Shown here piece by piece: positions 1 through 13,174 of a stretch of 64,000 bases of DNA. Under the pieces are notes generated by a model. The model did not search any database, was not told the DNA's origin, and saw only the letters and a program-made list of their open reading frames with translations. Within the stretch, counting starts at the first letter, position 1. The number at the start of each line of letters is the position of its first letter. Location of the stretch: contig NC_043004.1 in NCBI RefSeq assembly GCF_006345805.1, forward strand, positions 15,872,001-15,936,000. Direction: 5' to 3'. The translations under genes were made by a program, and so were the position numbers. The stretch is from Octopus sinensis (Eukaryota).

Positions 1-1140
1 GTTATGATTTTATTTTACGTGCACTTCAGGGGTGAGATCCCCCTTATACACTAACCTTTCCGAGACAACTTATAAACTCTACATGTGGCTATAGATATGA
101 AATCTTGATTTTTTGAGAGGTACGTTACAGTCATGGAATCTTGAGAACTTAGTTCTGAAATCCACTGTTATATTAGTATTTTCACTAAGACGTGAAAAAT
201 TATAGTTTTACATTAATATCAGAGTATGAAAAACTACACCAAATAATGCAATGTATGTACATAATACAGCTGGATATATAACGGTTTCTGAGGAGTATTA
301 ATATTTTTCGATTTTACGATTTCACAATCAAATTCATTCTAGAGCAAAATAAGGACACCGACAGAGTAAAAATAGCGAGAAAAATACCAATACCAAAAAG
401 AATCAAAAGAAGGCAAAAGAACATTAACAACACCAGCCACGATATGATGTGATGACAACAAAGGGAATTTCAGAAAAGATAATTAACAAGGTATTCTCTC
501 GCCGAGACTGAGAGTAGCGTGGCTAAAGAACTATAAGAACCTTCAATACATGGGCTACCTGTAGAGGTATTGCTTCCCTTACGCAATAACTGACAGAAAA
601 TCTTTTAAGCGATTATAACCTCATAATATGTAGTGCAGCTCATCTATACAGATACACAGGCATCAATTATTACACAGATTCAACCACACTGATATGAATC
701 TATGTGCATGTGCAGCACACCTACATGTGATTATATAAATATAAATAAATATATGTGTATGTGCAGGTATTTACACACATCCATTAAATGTCTTTTGTAG
801 ACATGTGAGGATTTTAAAGATAAAAGCACTTAAACAGTGCATCAATGCAGGGACACATCGGTGCATTTGTGTATGTGTCTGTTCAAACATGTGTTCATGG
901 CGTGCAAGTTTGTGTATTTGTGTGTATGTAACTGAATCATGCTGAAAGGGGAAATAATTCTCTCGTACACACTTCATGATTATTATCTTTCTTTCTTGAT
1001 ATTTCGATATATTGTTGTAAGTAAAGAATATTCAGTTCAATGAAGGTAAAGGAGATTGGTTAATACAAATCCTAATCAGCAACATTGTCAAACTGGTGAC
1101 ATGCAATTTTCATTCCTTTCAAAATATGTATGTATATATA

Positions 1141-1180
<40 letters not shown>

Positions 1181-1188
1181 ATATATAT

Positions 1189-1222
<34 letters not shown>

Positions 1223-1352
1223 GAATACACATACATATGTATACATGTATATTATAGTAAGATGTAATGAATATTCATTCCAACTCCTTTTACGCTATAG
1301 ATGTCATCTTTAAAATATAGAAGTATACGCACGTACTCACATACAAACACAA

Positions 1353-1385
<33 letters not shown>

Positions 1386-3257
1386 CATACATACATATAT
1401 ATATATAATATATATATATATGAAAATTCGAATTCATTTCGTTTCATTGAAATGATGTTATTCAGTCTATTCATTCTTAAACATAAGTTGTTAAGCAGAG
1501 CTAAATGTCGTAAATATGAATCAAAGTATTGTGTTAAGAGCTTTCTGTGCATGCAGAAGCACACAATTCACACACTACTTAATTGCCGTTAACATCTCAG
1601 TAACCTAACACTTACCATCTTAAGATTCATAGAAAGTTAAGTTGTACGTAATGGCGTGCAGATTGGTGCAAATATTTCATACTTTTATATAAGAGCGACT
1701 GAAAATTTCAAGCTGCAGTGAATACGGAATTAGAGCAACAGAGCAGATTATTTGACAAGAGATGGCGTATTTTAAAATTTATTGTTTTAAACCTCATCTA
1801 TTTTTCTATATAACAGAAATATGCAAATTCTTATTGTGTGGTATACCTGAGGCAGTAAATCAATACATTTCAATGAAATCATTGAATTTTATTCTTATTT
1901 TATTATATTTATGTGAAGTAAAATGAAATTTTACTTTTGTGTGTTTCTTAAGCGTTATACTAACATATGAAATGACCTCATCTAAAATTGCTGATTATAA
2001 CTGGAGTGAGTTTTATAATTCAAAGCTATTCGTTTTTACTGCATTAATCTGACAGGAATATATCATGTAACCGATGGGGTATTTTATTCAGGTAACCGAT
2101 AAAAGGTAATAATTCAGTTATGACAAAATGTATTTTAAAGATACTGTGAAGGAAATCTGAGATATAAGAATCAAAATTTATCATATTTCGAAGAATGTAT
2201 ATAATATTAATTATCATAGTATTCCGAAAAATATGCATACTCAGCATAACATACATTTTAAATTCATTACCCATCAATATAGAAATCCAATAACTTCAGT
2301 AATCGCTCAAAACATTGGTTACCATGGAAACAAATTTTCTTCATTGCTGCATTCAAATGTAATAAACTGCATTCGAATTATTGAAGTTTTCAATAATTGT
2401 CATTGTAGATATGCAAACTGGCATTTTCGTAGGATGGTATTTTATTTCCATGGAAATATCAGAATGTGATTATACAATTCTCTTTCATATAGTGTAACCA
2501 GAACAAGTCAACATTTATCAAAGATATCCAATTCTAAAGAAAGCAAGTTAGCGAAGTCAAAGGAAACGAATCGCAGTATCCGTCAACAAATGTTGTTTGC
2601 AGAAGCTCGAAAACAGTATTTCAATCATACTCGCATATGCACACGAATGCCAAAATATAAATGTGTGTTCGTATCTGGGTCTGTATTTGGTTTTGGTAAT
2701 AACCGGCAAAATTTAGAGTGGCTGAAGGGCCAAGACTTTCTTAAATTGGTCCGTCTCTAATTGATTTCAAATAAAAGGGGTATAAATTTATATACCGGTG
2801 ATAATGTTATTGATGTAGATTGCTCTGGAATAAAGTATGACAGACTGACAATCACTTGTGGATAATGCATATTTTTTCAATTGGTTTGCCAATGAAAACC
2901 TGTCAATAAATATATTTAAAATATCAATATATGACTCAAAATTAAGGCAACCAAACTTTCCGGTTTTAACTATCAATAGATGTGATAAGATATGAAAATT
3001 ATACATCATTATACAAGCTGAATTATATCTTCTTTTGGTTCGGACTAAATAAATTCAGATTTATAATTTAAATAATGGCGATAGACCGAAATCCAATCAT
3101 AATCTTCCACAAAAGAGGCGAATGTAATACAGTTATAGACAAAATGAAAAAAAGAAATTTGACATCGAATGGACTGTAAACCGCCAAATTGACCGACTTT
3201 GAGTGTATTTGATTCTATCGAGGGTAGATTCATAAATCAACATCAAAATCGACAGTC

Positions 3258-3575
3258 AGGTATGGTTTGGGCGGCTGTGAGAACTACTGGAAATCTCTCC
3301 TCGTTTTTGTGCTCCCGGATGTTAAAATTAACACCCTGCCATACTTTAGCGATATTCTGAAAGCGGTACTAGTTCCATGGGCGAATGAGCAATTTTAAGG
3401 TGCAATTTGGAACCTCCAACAGAACACAGCACGATCTTACAGCTCTAAATGGACACAACACTGGATTCAGAAAAAAACAGTCCGTCGTTCCGTTCATAGG
3501 CAAAGATGTATGGCTCTCAGGAAACCTCGAACTCACTGGATTTTTCTGTTTGATCCATTTTGGAGAGGACATTCT
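3258..3575 (+). pseudogene. Degenerate Tc1/mariner-superfamily transposase C-terminus, maT/DD37D-like
   Basis: Manual translation across frameshifts gives MVWAAV...LVFVLPDVKIN..YFSDILKAVLVPWANEQF*GAIWNLQQNTARSYSSKWTQHWIQ...FIGKDVW...NSLDFSV*SILE. This matches the MVW, QQD.AP.H and WP..SPDLNPLDFS.W motifs, with a terminal catalytic D rather than E. Stops and frameshifts are present; no partner TIR was seen. Confidence 0.75.
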
Positions 3576-3711
3576 CGAGCAATCATTAAGATTCGCTCTG
3601 CGCTGTAAACGCGAAATTGCGCCAAGACCTTTACCATTGCATTGCAACGGTCGGACCTCGAGCTATAACAAAACTGAAAAAAATGTGTGGCCTTAATTTC
3701 TGGACGCTATA

Positions 3712-3746
<35 letters not shown>

Positions 3747-3864
3747 ATATGCATGCATGCATGTATGTATGTATGTATGTATGTATGTATGTATGTATGT
3801 ATGTATATATGTGTGTGAGTGCGTGTATATGTGTGTGAGTATATGTGTGTGGGTATGTATGTGT

Positions 3865-5439
3865 GTCGTCCTCAAAATTATTCGTACCCTTATTAATTTG
3901 TGTAATATTTTATTTTTGTGTTGAATTGAATGCATTTTGTCATGTTTGTTTATGAGTTATATTTGCCCAACAAATGAAATAATAACAATTCACAATTCAA
4001 TAAATTCTTCATTTCTGGAGTATTTTATTCATGGATTTTCTAGAAATGTCATGTTCAAAATTATTCTTAACTTACGTATACTGAGTCCAACATCTTTCTT
4101 TAATAGTCAATAGCATAAAATTCCTTTTATGACTACTTCCAGACGATTCTTGTACATGTCCACAAACATCTTACATGTCTCCTGTAGTATGTTGGCCTAC
4201 TCTTCCTCGGCAGAAGCCTCCAGCAGAATCAGTTTTGGTCGGTTTCCTAGCCAACACTCTGGTCTTCAAGCCTCGCCACAATTTATCAATCGGATTCAGG
4301 CCAGGACTCTGACTTGGCCATTCTCAATGTTGACATCATAGTCCTCGAATCATTTGGTATGTTCGGATCATTGTCCTGCTGGTACTTACATTTGTGGCCG
4401 ACTCAGAGTTTCTCAACGTATTCCCTCATGTTTTCCTCAACGATCCTGATATAATCCACCTTTCTCTTGATTCCTTGGACCTTGACAAAGTTCCCTGTGA
4501 CACTGGAAGAAAATCATGCCCATACTATTATGTTTCCAACAGGTTTGACGGTGAGCACAGTGTTCTTTGCCTTGTAGATTTCTCCTTTCTTCCTCCAGAC
4601 GTATTCAGCAGCCATATGGCCAAATAACTCCAACTTTGGTTTATCAGACGACAGGATAGTTGACCAAAAGCTTGGATCTTGCCTCAAATGACCTATAGCA
4701 AAGGCCAGGCGAGCCTCCAGATGTTTCTTCCCGAGCAGCAGCGTCTTGCGAGGCATACAACCATGGAGATCTCATCCGTGCAAGAATCGCTCAATGGTAA
4801 AACGTGACACCTTCATCTCTACCTAGTCAAGCGTTTCAATTAGAGACTTGGTTGTGATCTGGGGGTTGTTGCTGACCTCTCGGCAGATTTTCCTGACAAG
4901 ATTGGGAGACACCTTAATCTTGCTGCCATGCACACTTTGGTTTTTAACAGTTTTGAAACTCTTATATTTTATCATTATGATCGGGGCGGTTGCCACAGGG
5001 ATATCATACTGCTTTGAAACTGCTTTCTAACCCTTTCCCACACTGCGGGAACACACAAGTCGTTGGTGTAGGTCATCACTGAGCTCTTTCTTTTGGGCCA
5101 TGATGATCAGAAAGTGAGAATAAAGAGAACACTTTTCCTCTAATTATACTTTATTTATATTCTATTTATACTCTTCTGGAAATAATTATAGGACAAATAT
5201 TAGCATATTCACAGGAAGTGAAAACAAGGGTATGAATAATTCTGAACATGTGCAAAAAAAATCTTTAGACCATATCTATTATTATGCAAATGAACTTTAG
5301 CAAACTCATGTGGATTTGTACATAGTAACAAGTAGACAGGAGATACACAGGAAGTACCGACATAATAGCTGTTACAAATGAAAAATCTAAAAAAAGAATA
5401 TTAGTTTCCGTGGGGTATGAACAATTTTGAGGACGGCTG
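3865..5439 (-). mobile_element. Near full-length degenerate Tc1-family DNA transposon (~1.58 kb)
   Basis: Left end gtcgtcctcaaaattattcgtaccc (3865-3889) is an imperfect inverted repeat of right end gggtatgaacaattttgaggacggctg (5413-5439), which is followed by TA. Inner copies of the motif lie at about 4049-4071 and 5228-5250. The element contains a transposase pseudogene. Confidence 0.9.
4100..5101 (-). pseudogene. Tc1 transposase pseudogene (paired-like HTH plus DDE domain)
   Basis: Starts MAQKKELSDDLHQRLV...GKG*KAVSKQ at 5101. Continues ARLAFA...FWSTILSSDKPKLELFG...VWRKKGE..KAKNTVLTVK...IIVW (ORF 4514-4756), YQQDNDP and WPSQSPGLNPIDKLW, and ends ..AIDY* at 4100. Multiple stops and frameshifts. 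Confidence 0.92.
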
Positions 5440-6324
5440 TATATAAATATATTTATGTATGTATGGGGGGTGTTTGTGTACGTTCGTGCGTGCATATGTT
5501 TGTGCGTACGTATGTGTGTACGTGTGTTAAATACTCTTATGACATTGGTCATGTTTCTTATCTGCCTTCTTTTCCTGTCTTATGTATTATCCTTTTTCTT
5601 TACTTCTCATCCTTCCGTACTTCAATTTTTCATTTGTTCTGCTCTCCGTTTTCGTAAATATCTCCATTTTCTCTTTTTGCCAATATTAAGCTCTGTTTCC
5701 GTTTTTGTCAGATATATGACTAACCGCCGCATGATTAAAAACAGTTGTTTTTCATGCCATTGAAGTGTTAAATTAATAATTTGCTCTTGATACTGTGATA
5801 TCGATGTGTAGATATTTTTACAATTTCATGGTTATCAATTTAAACATTCTACGCAAACTTAGACGCTGTTAGTATTACATAACATAAGGTATCCTGGATC
5901 TTCATTATGAAACTCAACTCAGCAAATTAATGCTGATTCCCAGTCAGGCAAACTGGATTTCGTTTTCTGTATGTTACAACGTTTCACATCCCGAGGCCTT
6001 CTATTTCGTCTTTTCTTCCTTTTCTTTCATCTTTCTTTCGTTTCCTGTCTTTTCCTTTCTTATTTTCCTGCCTTCTTGTTTTTTCTATTTCGTTCCCTTT
6101 TCTCTCGTATCCGCTTTGAATTTTTTCACTTCTCTTTCCATGTCTTCTATATAATTTTTTGTCTTTCCATTCCCGTTCCGTTCTTGAGTTTCTTCTTCAG
6201 TTTCTGCCAAGAACTGGAATAATGCCCGAATGATCAATAATAATATTTTCTTTACTTTCAAGTCTTAATTTCACACATTCAGTTTCGTTCTCTGTGCATA
6301 AGATATACATACCAACACGCAGAA

Positions 6325-6366
<42 letters not shown>

Positions 6367-6559
6367 GTGTGTATGTACATGTGTGTATAAAATGACAACA
6401 GTTTTGCTTAACACTTTATGAAGACAAAACGTCGTAAAGCATAAACCATTGGAAAGAGTAATAGTCAGTGTATGTGTGACAGAGAGAGAGAGAGAGAGAG
6501 GGTTTAAAAAACCAGTTGGGAAAGCTTTATTCTGCCTGAGTTTCGAGGTCAGGAATGTA

Positions 6560-7010
6560 AGGTGTGTATCTGCAAATTGTGCCCATTCCGCGTCGGGAGG
6601 CGGGCATAATGGGGATAATTGTACTTGTGCTTTTGTATGAAGAGGTCTCCAAATGTGGATATGCAGTGGCTTAAGTTAGAGATGCATTGATATGGTCATT
6701 GGTGTATATCCTCAGTATCACAATGTTAAAAAATATGCATGTAACTTGCGAACCTGTACCTGCCATAGAAGTGAATATATGCTGGTGAAGAATGAAGGTG
6801 GGGTGATGAAATGATGGAACCTCTATGACAGCCCTCCGTTTACTTCCGTAAGAAAAACTTAAAGGAAGATGCACAAATGAGAAAAAACCCAAAGGTTGTG
6901 TTAAGAGCATTCACGAAAGTTGAATATTGCAAAATACTGGTAAAAATGTTTGAGGTGTAAGATGGAGTGGCCAAATGACGGTAATTTTCAGAGGGTGTGA
7001 TCATTCCGAT
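6560..7010 (-). mobile_element. Highly decayed non-LTR retrotransposon RT relic (CR1/Jockey-like)
   Basis: Minus-strand pieces SENYRHLATPSYTSNIFTSI (cf. PSNYRPIALTS..SKVFESI), QVQLSPL and QFADTHL (cf. YADD.TL) occur in the expected order. Heavily degenerate. Confidence 0.35.
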
Positions 7011-7286
7011 GCTAATGTTAAGACAATGGAGGAGATATAGGTGAGTTGAACAGGTTGACTGCTTGAGTTCATACGAATGACATAAAAAGGAAATTTAGAG
7101 AGAGGTGGTATAAAAGTTTATGGTGAAGTAGATGGAAACGTTTCACAAGAAAAAAAGTTTTAGAGTGAAGCAGATAGGTGTGTTAATGATAGCACCTGTG
7201 TGTGCAGGTGTGCATGTGTGCTTGCGTGAGTGTGTGAAAGTGCATCCACGATCGGATTATGCATACATACATAATATATACGTGCG

Positions 7287-7348
<62 letters not shown>

Positions 7349-7362
7349 TGCATATGTATATA

Positions 7363-7407
<45 letters not shown>

Positions 7408-7425
7408 TGAATAGAATAATTCTAT

Positions 7426-7762
7426 ACACAAAGAGGAGACCTTTGAAAGGATAACTTACGTGCTAAAAAGGCCAGTTAAAACCTATATAACGAAAAAATA
7501 AGAATTCGTGAAACCCGCTGATTATAAAACTAACAAAAAATGAAGTAGTTTGATCGCTAATGAATGAATAATTATGTAGTTGCAAATACGTACCGAAAAC
7601 ACTTCATCTTTATCCGAGCGTAAATATGTAGTCCAGCAGTAAATAAGTAAATTTAAAGCATTTTCTTCGGCGTGCCTCATGAATTCTATATTTTTTTCCG
7701 TGGTTTAGATTTTAACTGGCCTTTTTAGCATGTAAGGAATCCTGTCAATGGTCTCCTTGTGT
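7426..7762. mobile_element. MITE with ~95-bp imperfect terminal inverted repeats
   Basis: 7426-7521 aligns with the reverse complement of 7667-7762, including an exact 21-mer tgctaaaaaggccagttaaaa. No coding capacity; TA at or next to both ends. Confidence 0.85.
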
Positions 7763-7871
7763 TAAAAGAAGTATTCTAGACACTTTTATATTTTTTAAAA
7801 TATGTTACGTATTATGACTTTTACTTATGCATGCTAACCACTGGTCATAAATTATTTTAAGTTATTACCGT

Positions 7872-7903
<32 letters not shown>

Positions 7904-7987
7904 CATAAGGGTAATAACTCTATAGAAAACATTTTTTTTTTCTTCCATGCATCAATATTTCGTAAGACTATACTGGAGATGAACACC

Positions 7988-8105
7988 ACGGAGGTCGACC
8001 TTGCCTTTCATCCTTTCAGGGTCGATAAATTAAGTATCATTTGCATACTTAGGTTGAGCTGATCGACTGTCCCTCTCCCGCAAAATGTCGATCCTTGTAC
8101 CTAGA
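7988..8105 (+). mobile_element. 3' fragment of a tRNA-derived SINE (OK-like family)
   Basis: gaggtcgaccttgcctttcatcctttcagggtcgataaattaagta matches the better-preserved copies at 44093 and 23960. Confidence 0.8.
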
Positions 8106-8115
8106 GCATAATTAA

Positions 8116-8162
<47 letters not shown>

Positions 8163-8185
8163 CATACACACACACACATTATACA

Positions 8186-8223
<38 letters not shown>

Positions 8224-8229
8224 CATGTT

Positions 8230-8400
8230 TAACCATTAATCTTTGCATACTTATTTTTCTCCATTTTTTCCCAGCCCTTTCTGTTAAAGAGCATAGGCTC
8301 GAAACGTCTTTTTACATTCTTCCTGAACTTCAAACAACTAATACATCTGTTGTCCCCATACTTATCTTCGTATTTTGTCTTCTGTAAATGTTAACTATAT
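8230..8400 (+). mobile_element. Short dispersed repeat resembling a Penelope-like element terminus
   Basis: ctgttaaagagcataggctcgaaacgtc core shared with copies at 34381 (+) and 39141 (-); ends next to a (TA)n tract. The repeat is seen directly; the PLE assignment is from recall. Confidence 0.55.
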
Positions 8401-8425
8401 AGTTTTTAGTATTCTATATGCATAT

Positions 8426-8467
<42 letters not shown>

Positions 8468-8504
8468 TCTGTGTGTTTATGTATGTATATATCTTCAATA
8501 TCTT

Positions 8505-8775
8505 GGTAACGGCTCAAGAGCCATGGAGAGGACAATGCTTGGAATCTCGTTGAGAGAGCACATCAGTAGCGAGGTCATCAGAGAGAAGTCCGGCATGAGG
8601 GGTGTCATCGTAGAATATCCACGTATCAAGTTTAAATGGGCTGGACACATCGCCCGGCTCACCGATAATCGTTGGACCCGCGCAGCCGTCAAGTGGTACC
8701 CGCGCGAGCGGAAACGACCACCCGAAAGGCCTCAACGATGGTAGAGATACGACTTTAGGAGGGCCTGGTCGGTCA
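8505..8775 (+). mobile_element. RTE-clade LINE 3' fragment
   Basis: AMERTMLGISLREHISSEVIREKSG...KFKWAGHIARLTDNRWTRAAVKWYPRERKRPPERPQRW is the typical RTE C-terminal motif (W.GH..R..D.RW....W.P....RP.GRP..RW). Confidence 0.9.
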
Positions 8776-9952
8776 AGATAGTTAGATAGATATGTGCGTG
8801 AAGAGATGTATGCATGAGAGTGCTTGCAGTGTGACAGCGTGTATGTTCTTATGTGTGGATGGATATGCGTATAGGTATGAGTATTCATGTTTGAGTACAT
8901 TTTGTGTCACTTTGTATATAAACATTGGCGGAATGCTATCACCTTGAAATTCGTTTGAGTTTTTGAGATTAACTTTGATTAAATTTCATTAACATTTTAG
9001 GGCTTATAAATAACATCCATTATTGTTTGTTTTATTTTGAATCATTTACTTTTGGGCTGTTAGAATAAATGTTTATGAACATTTCATACTTTCTCTGTTA
9101 GCACTTTATCGACTCACTATCATATATAAAATAGATGGATTTTTATGTGACCTAGAGGCTCATCTTATTAATTCAGAAATGCAGTCTAGGGATTAGCTTT
9201 CTCCCATCTGAAGATCATTGTATTCCTGTGCGATTATATAAAAAATATAATAAAAGTTCCATTTGTCGCTCTACCGCTCCATTCCTCCGATGGATCAACT
9301 TGTATCTCTTCCATTGATCTCCTGACATAGCTTCTAAATCCCTGTCAAATTGTGAACGCATGTTTTCTTTTTTTTTTTGTATATGGAAAGGACACAATAT
9401 AATAGATAATGGTTCGTTATTCATCATCTAAAGCAGATTGAGTATAATTATTTTTATGAGACACGGAGAAGAGATTAATAAAAACTAAAGGGATCACTAT
9501 AGAAACATATTCACGCGCTTCATACATCTACAACCGTTTTTCAATTTATCAGGACAGCCTGAACATTTAGTAATAAATATGAATTATACCTACCTTTCTC
9601 AACGATCGCTCTGTGTATTATGCAACTTCTCGCCTGAAATCTGTATATTTGTTTTGAATACAACTTATACTCCATATTCGTCAAGCAAACAAATATAACT
9701 TTTCTATAGAAGTTCACGTTTTAGTTGTGTTGAAAATCAAAATGGCACTATATAATATAAAAGCTTTTGCATTTCAGTAATATTTGTTTGGTTCTTCTAT
9801 TTTCGTATTCTTTAAAATCGCCATGATAATGACACCAACTATTCAACTACGTTATATTGAGCACTCTAAGATAATATACTGAAGCAACTTCAAAGAGGTC
9901 AGTGACATTCAACCTATATGAATGGCAAATTAATGACGAAACAAATCGTTAA

Positions 9953-10003
<51 letters not shown>

Positions 10004-10063
10004 ATATATGTATGTATTTATGTGTCTGTATGTGTGTATCTATCTATCTATATATATATATAT

Positions 10064-10094
<31 letters not shown>

Positions 10095-10104
10095 AGTGTG
10101 TGTG

Positions 10105-10416
10105 TGTTTGCATAACAGACTCTCCCGTCGTTAGATGATGTATGAGGGTTCGACAATTTCTTACGGAACAACCACACAGATGATTTATTTATACTGATCA
10201 AATGTTTGTGTAGACATAAGCTCACTCCCTCCATCAGATCGGCATTACCTGTACAGGTTACAACGAGTGTCACATGTCAGATATCGAAATTGTAGCAGAG
10301 CAACGTGAGATGAAGTGCTTTTCTCAAGAACACAACGCAAACCCGCTCTGGGAATCTAACCAACGCGCCCGCAATCGCGTATACAACGCCGTAACCACTA
10401 AGCCATGCACCTTCAC
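10105..10416 (-). mobile_element. tRNA-headed SINE with CORE-like central domain, degenerate
   Basis: The minus strand has an A-box-like tggcttagtgg, a degenerate B-box, and ttgtgttcttgagaaaagcacttcatctcacgttgctc shared with the 35547 copy. Confidence 0.75.
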
Positions 10417-10559
10417 ACACACACACACACACAAAGAATCACACGCACACAGACACACACACACACTCACACACACATACACCCCCCATATATATATATA
10501 TATTTATATAAGCATAACCAAGAAGAATCAAAGATCGTACACAGCCCATAGGCAAATAA

Positions 10560-10768
10560 ATAGGCTGAATGTTTTGCCTTTATTTCACCTCCCATTGGCG
10601 GGACGCCGATACATCACAAACGTACTAACTTTCGTTAGGTGGGAGGACTAGAGTAACGTCAACTGAAGTATTTTGCACAAGAGTATAACGCATCGCTCGA
10701 TCCAGGGATGGAAACCACAAGCTAACGATCATGGTTGCCATGTGACGTCTCTATACCAGGCGCCTTCA
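10560..10768 (-). mobile_element. tRNA/CORE-like SINE, more degenerate copy
   Basis: gactagagtaacgtcaactgaagtattttgcacaagagtataacgcatcgctcgatccagggatggaaaccac aligns with 35650-35730. Confidence 0.6.
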
Positions 10769-11967
10769 GTACACTACACTATCACGTACACACACACATG
10801 TACACATATGTGCACAAGTACACCTATATATATGTATCTTTGTACATACATACATATATGTACATATATATGTGTGTGTGTGTGTCCGTGCATGTGTGTG
10901 TGTGTAAAACCAAGAGAGAGGATAGAGATTAGATATTTTTGATAATACATATGTGTGTGTGTGTGTCTGTGTGTATGTGTGTGTATTATATATGTATGCA
11001 TATAAGTATGTTTTTATGCACGTATGTATATAAACATATGTATATGTATGCCTGATTTGTGGATTGTGTGTCTGTATATATTATATGTATCGAATCCCTT
11101 TTATAGATTCTAACGACATTTTAGATAATTTGTAACTTTGCCAAATCAATCCCCTTATTATATCAAAGATAGAAATCCACATTGAATAAATGCAAATCCT
11201 ATTGCTCTTTAAGGTTTGTGATATACCATATATCATACACAGCTGATAGTGTACGTAAGTATATCTGCTGCTTGAAATTTTCATTGGTTATTATTTACAC
11301 GGCATCATCCTATTTTGCAGAGCGTTTTTAAGAAGGAAATGAATTACAATCGAAATCAAACCAAGTTTACAGTGCAACGATCCCTATATTACTTTGGAAA
11401 TTAAACCATTATTCAGAATACCATATCAGCCAAAATTGCCTCGCTCTCCATGAACTCATTTTGTCACGGTGCCAGTTAGTATCTGAATGTTTTCAAATAG
11501 TTGACGAACAATGTAGAATAATATTTTGTAAACACTCATAGTCTTTCAAACGTAATAACAGCTTATGGTCCGATGTGAATTATTTAGAATATTATGAGGC
11601 GTATGTGTATATATAAACGTATTTAAATAAACAAAACTAGAAAGCTAACGTGTAGTTCTTAGTCAGCACAGTCTATGTTCATACGAATCTTTGAAAGCTT
11701 TCAGTGCGCTACCTATTGCATTGTGGGAATCGAAAATCTCAAATGACTCTTCTACTATATTAGTATTCTATCGATTTTGCTTATTTTAATATTATGGCAT
11801 CTGATACTGTCTAGTTATTTCATTATTGAAGATGATACCTCGTAGCCATTAGATTGCTATTATGTGATTATCCTCACATGTTCTTTCAAACATTCTGCAT
11901 ATTCCCCCGTACGCTTCTCTTAATATACACTCAGACACGAACACACATGTACATATATACACATGTA

Positions 11968-12005
<38 letters not shown>

Positions 12006-12139
12006 CATACATACATACATGCATACATACATACATACGTACATACATATATATGTGTGCATATGTATGTTTGTATATTTATATATGGCTACACTTATGT
12101 ATATTATTACGTCTGTCTCTTCCATCTCGTTCTCTCATA

Positions 12140-12196
<57 letters not shown>

Positions 12197-12210
12197 AGAG
12201 TGTGTGTGTG

Positions 12211-12257
<47 letters not shown>

Positions 12258-13102
12258 AAACATTCTTACTGTATTGTTTAAGCAACATTTCTACTTTCGA
12301 TATTTATGATATTATATAACAGCATCAACAAAAACGAACTAAAATAATGCTACCCCTGGGTAAGTGTCCCATGATCCTTGCATTGGCACTCTACAGATGG
12401 TACAGACTCCATCTGCAAGTTCCCACTCTTTCTCAAACTACTTTTCGATTTTACTAAACAAGAAACGAAAACTAATAAATAGACTCCTTGGGGGTCATAA
12501 TTATACAACTTCAAAAATATGAACTTCAGCTATCTCAGAATTTTACACATCTATCCTAAAAGTATCTGCAATTCTATATTTTGTAATCAGAGTTTGTTCA
12601 TAAACCAGAAGTAAATAGATTCCGCAAATTATGATAAACACCGTAATAAATCATAATGATTTATTTAATTTATAGAAGAATTAGATAAAGAGTATCAGAA
12701 TCGATATAGAATGAACGAACCCTATATATGCATTTCTGTAAAGCAGTTTGTATTGTTAAAAAATGTCACTCTACATATCCAGTTCAAGTGGATATGTAAC
12801 AGATCAAGTTGTGCGAGCTACCTCCTATAAAATCCCCTCAAACCATATACTCAGTGAATATATTACTACTAAACAGTTACAAAAAAAAACAGCAAGGGCA
12901 CGATTGGAATATACATCAGTCTCTTTTCTCATAACTATTGTAGTGGACTTGCTTTTGAAATGTCACGAGCACATCAAAGACAAATGATTTCTTTATACCA
13001 GGTATATGTTATATTATACGAAAGATTAGAAACCAACGCAGAACGAGTCTCTTAAGTCATTTAGAATAATTTATATATATAACTTACATTATATATACAC
13101 AC

Positions 13103-13174
<72 letters not shown>

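Noticed and set aside
300-600. A-rich stretch with TTKGISEKIINK, faintly like a LINE RT segment
   Set aside because: One short motif and no supporting motifs in order.
2044-3233. Cluster of 60-78-aa ORFs in unique AT-rich sequence
   Set aside because: No recognisable domain or splice structure, and the lengths are compatible with chance.
3385-3696. 103-aa ORF as a stand-alone gene
   Set aside because: It is mostly an off-frame reading of the transposase relic.
11214-11254. AG...GTAAGT-flanked 41-nt segment (FVIYHISYTADSV)
   Set aside because: Splice-like signals at this frequency are expected by chance, and there is no independent support.
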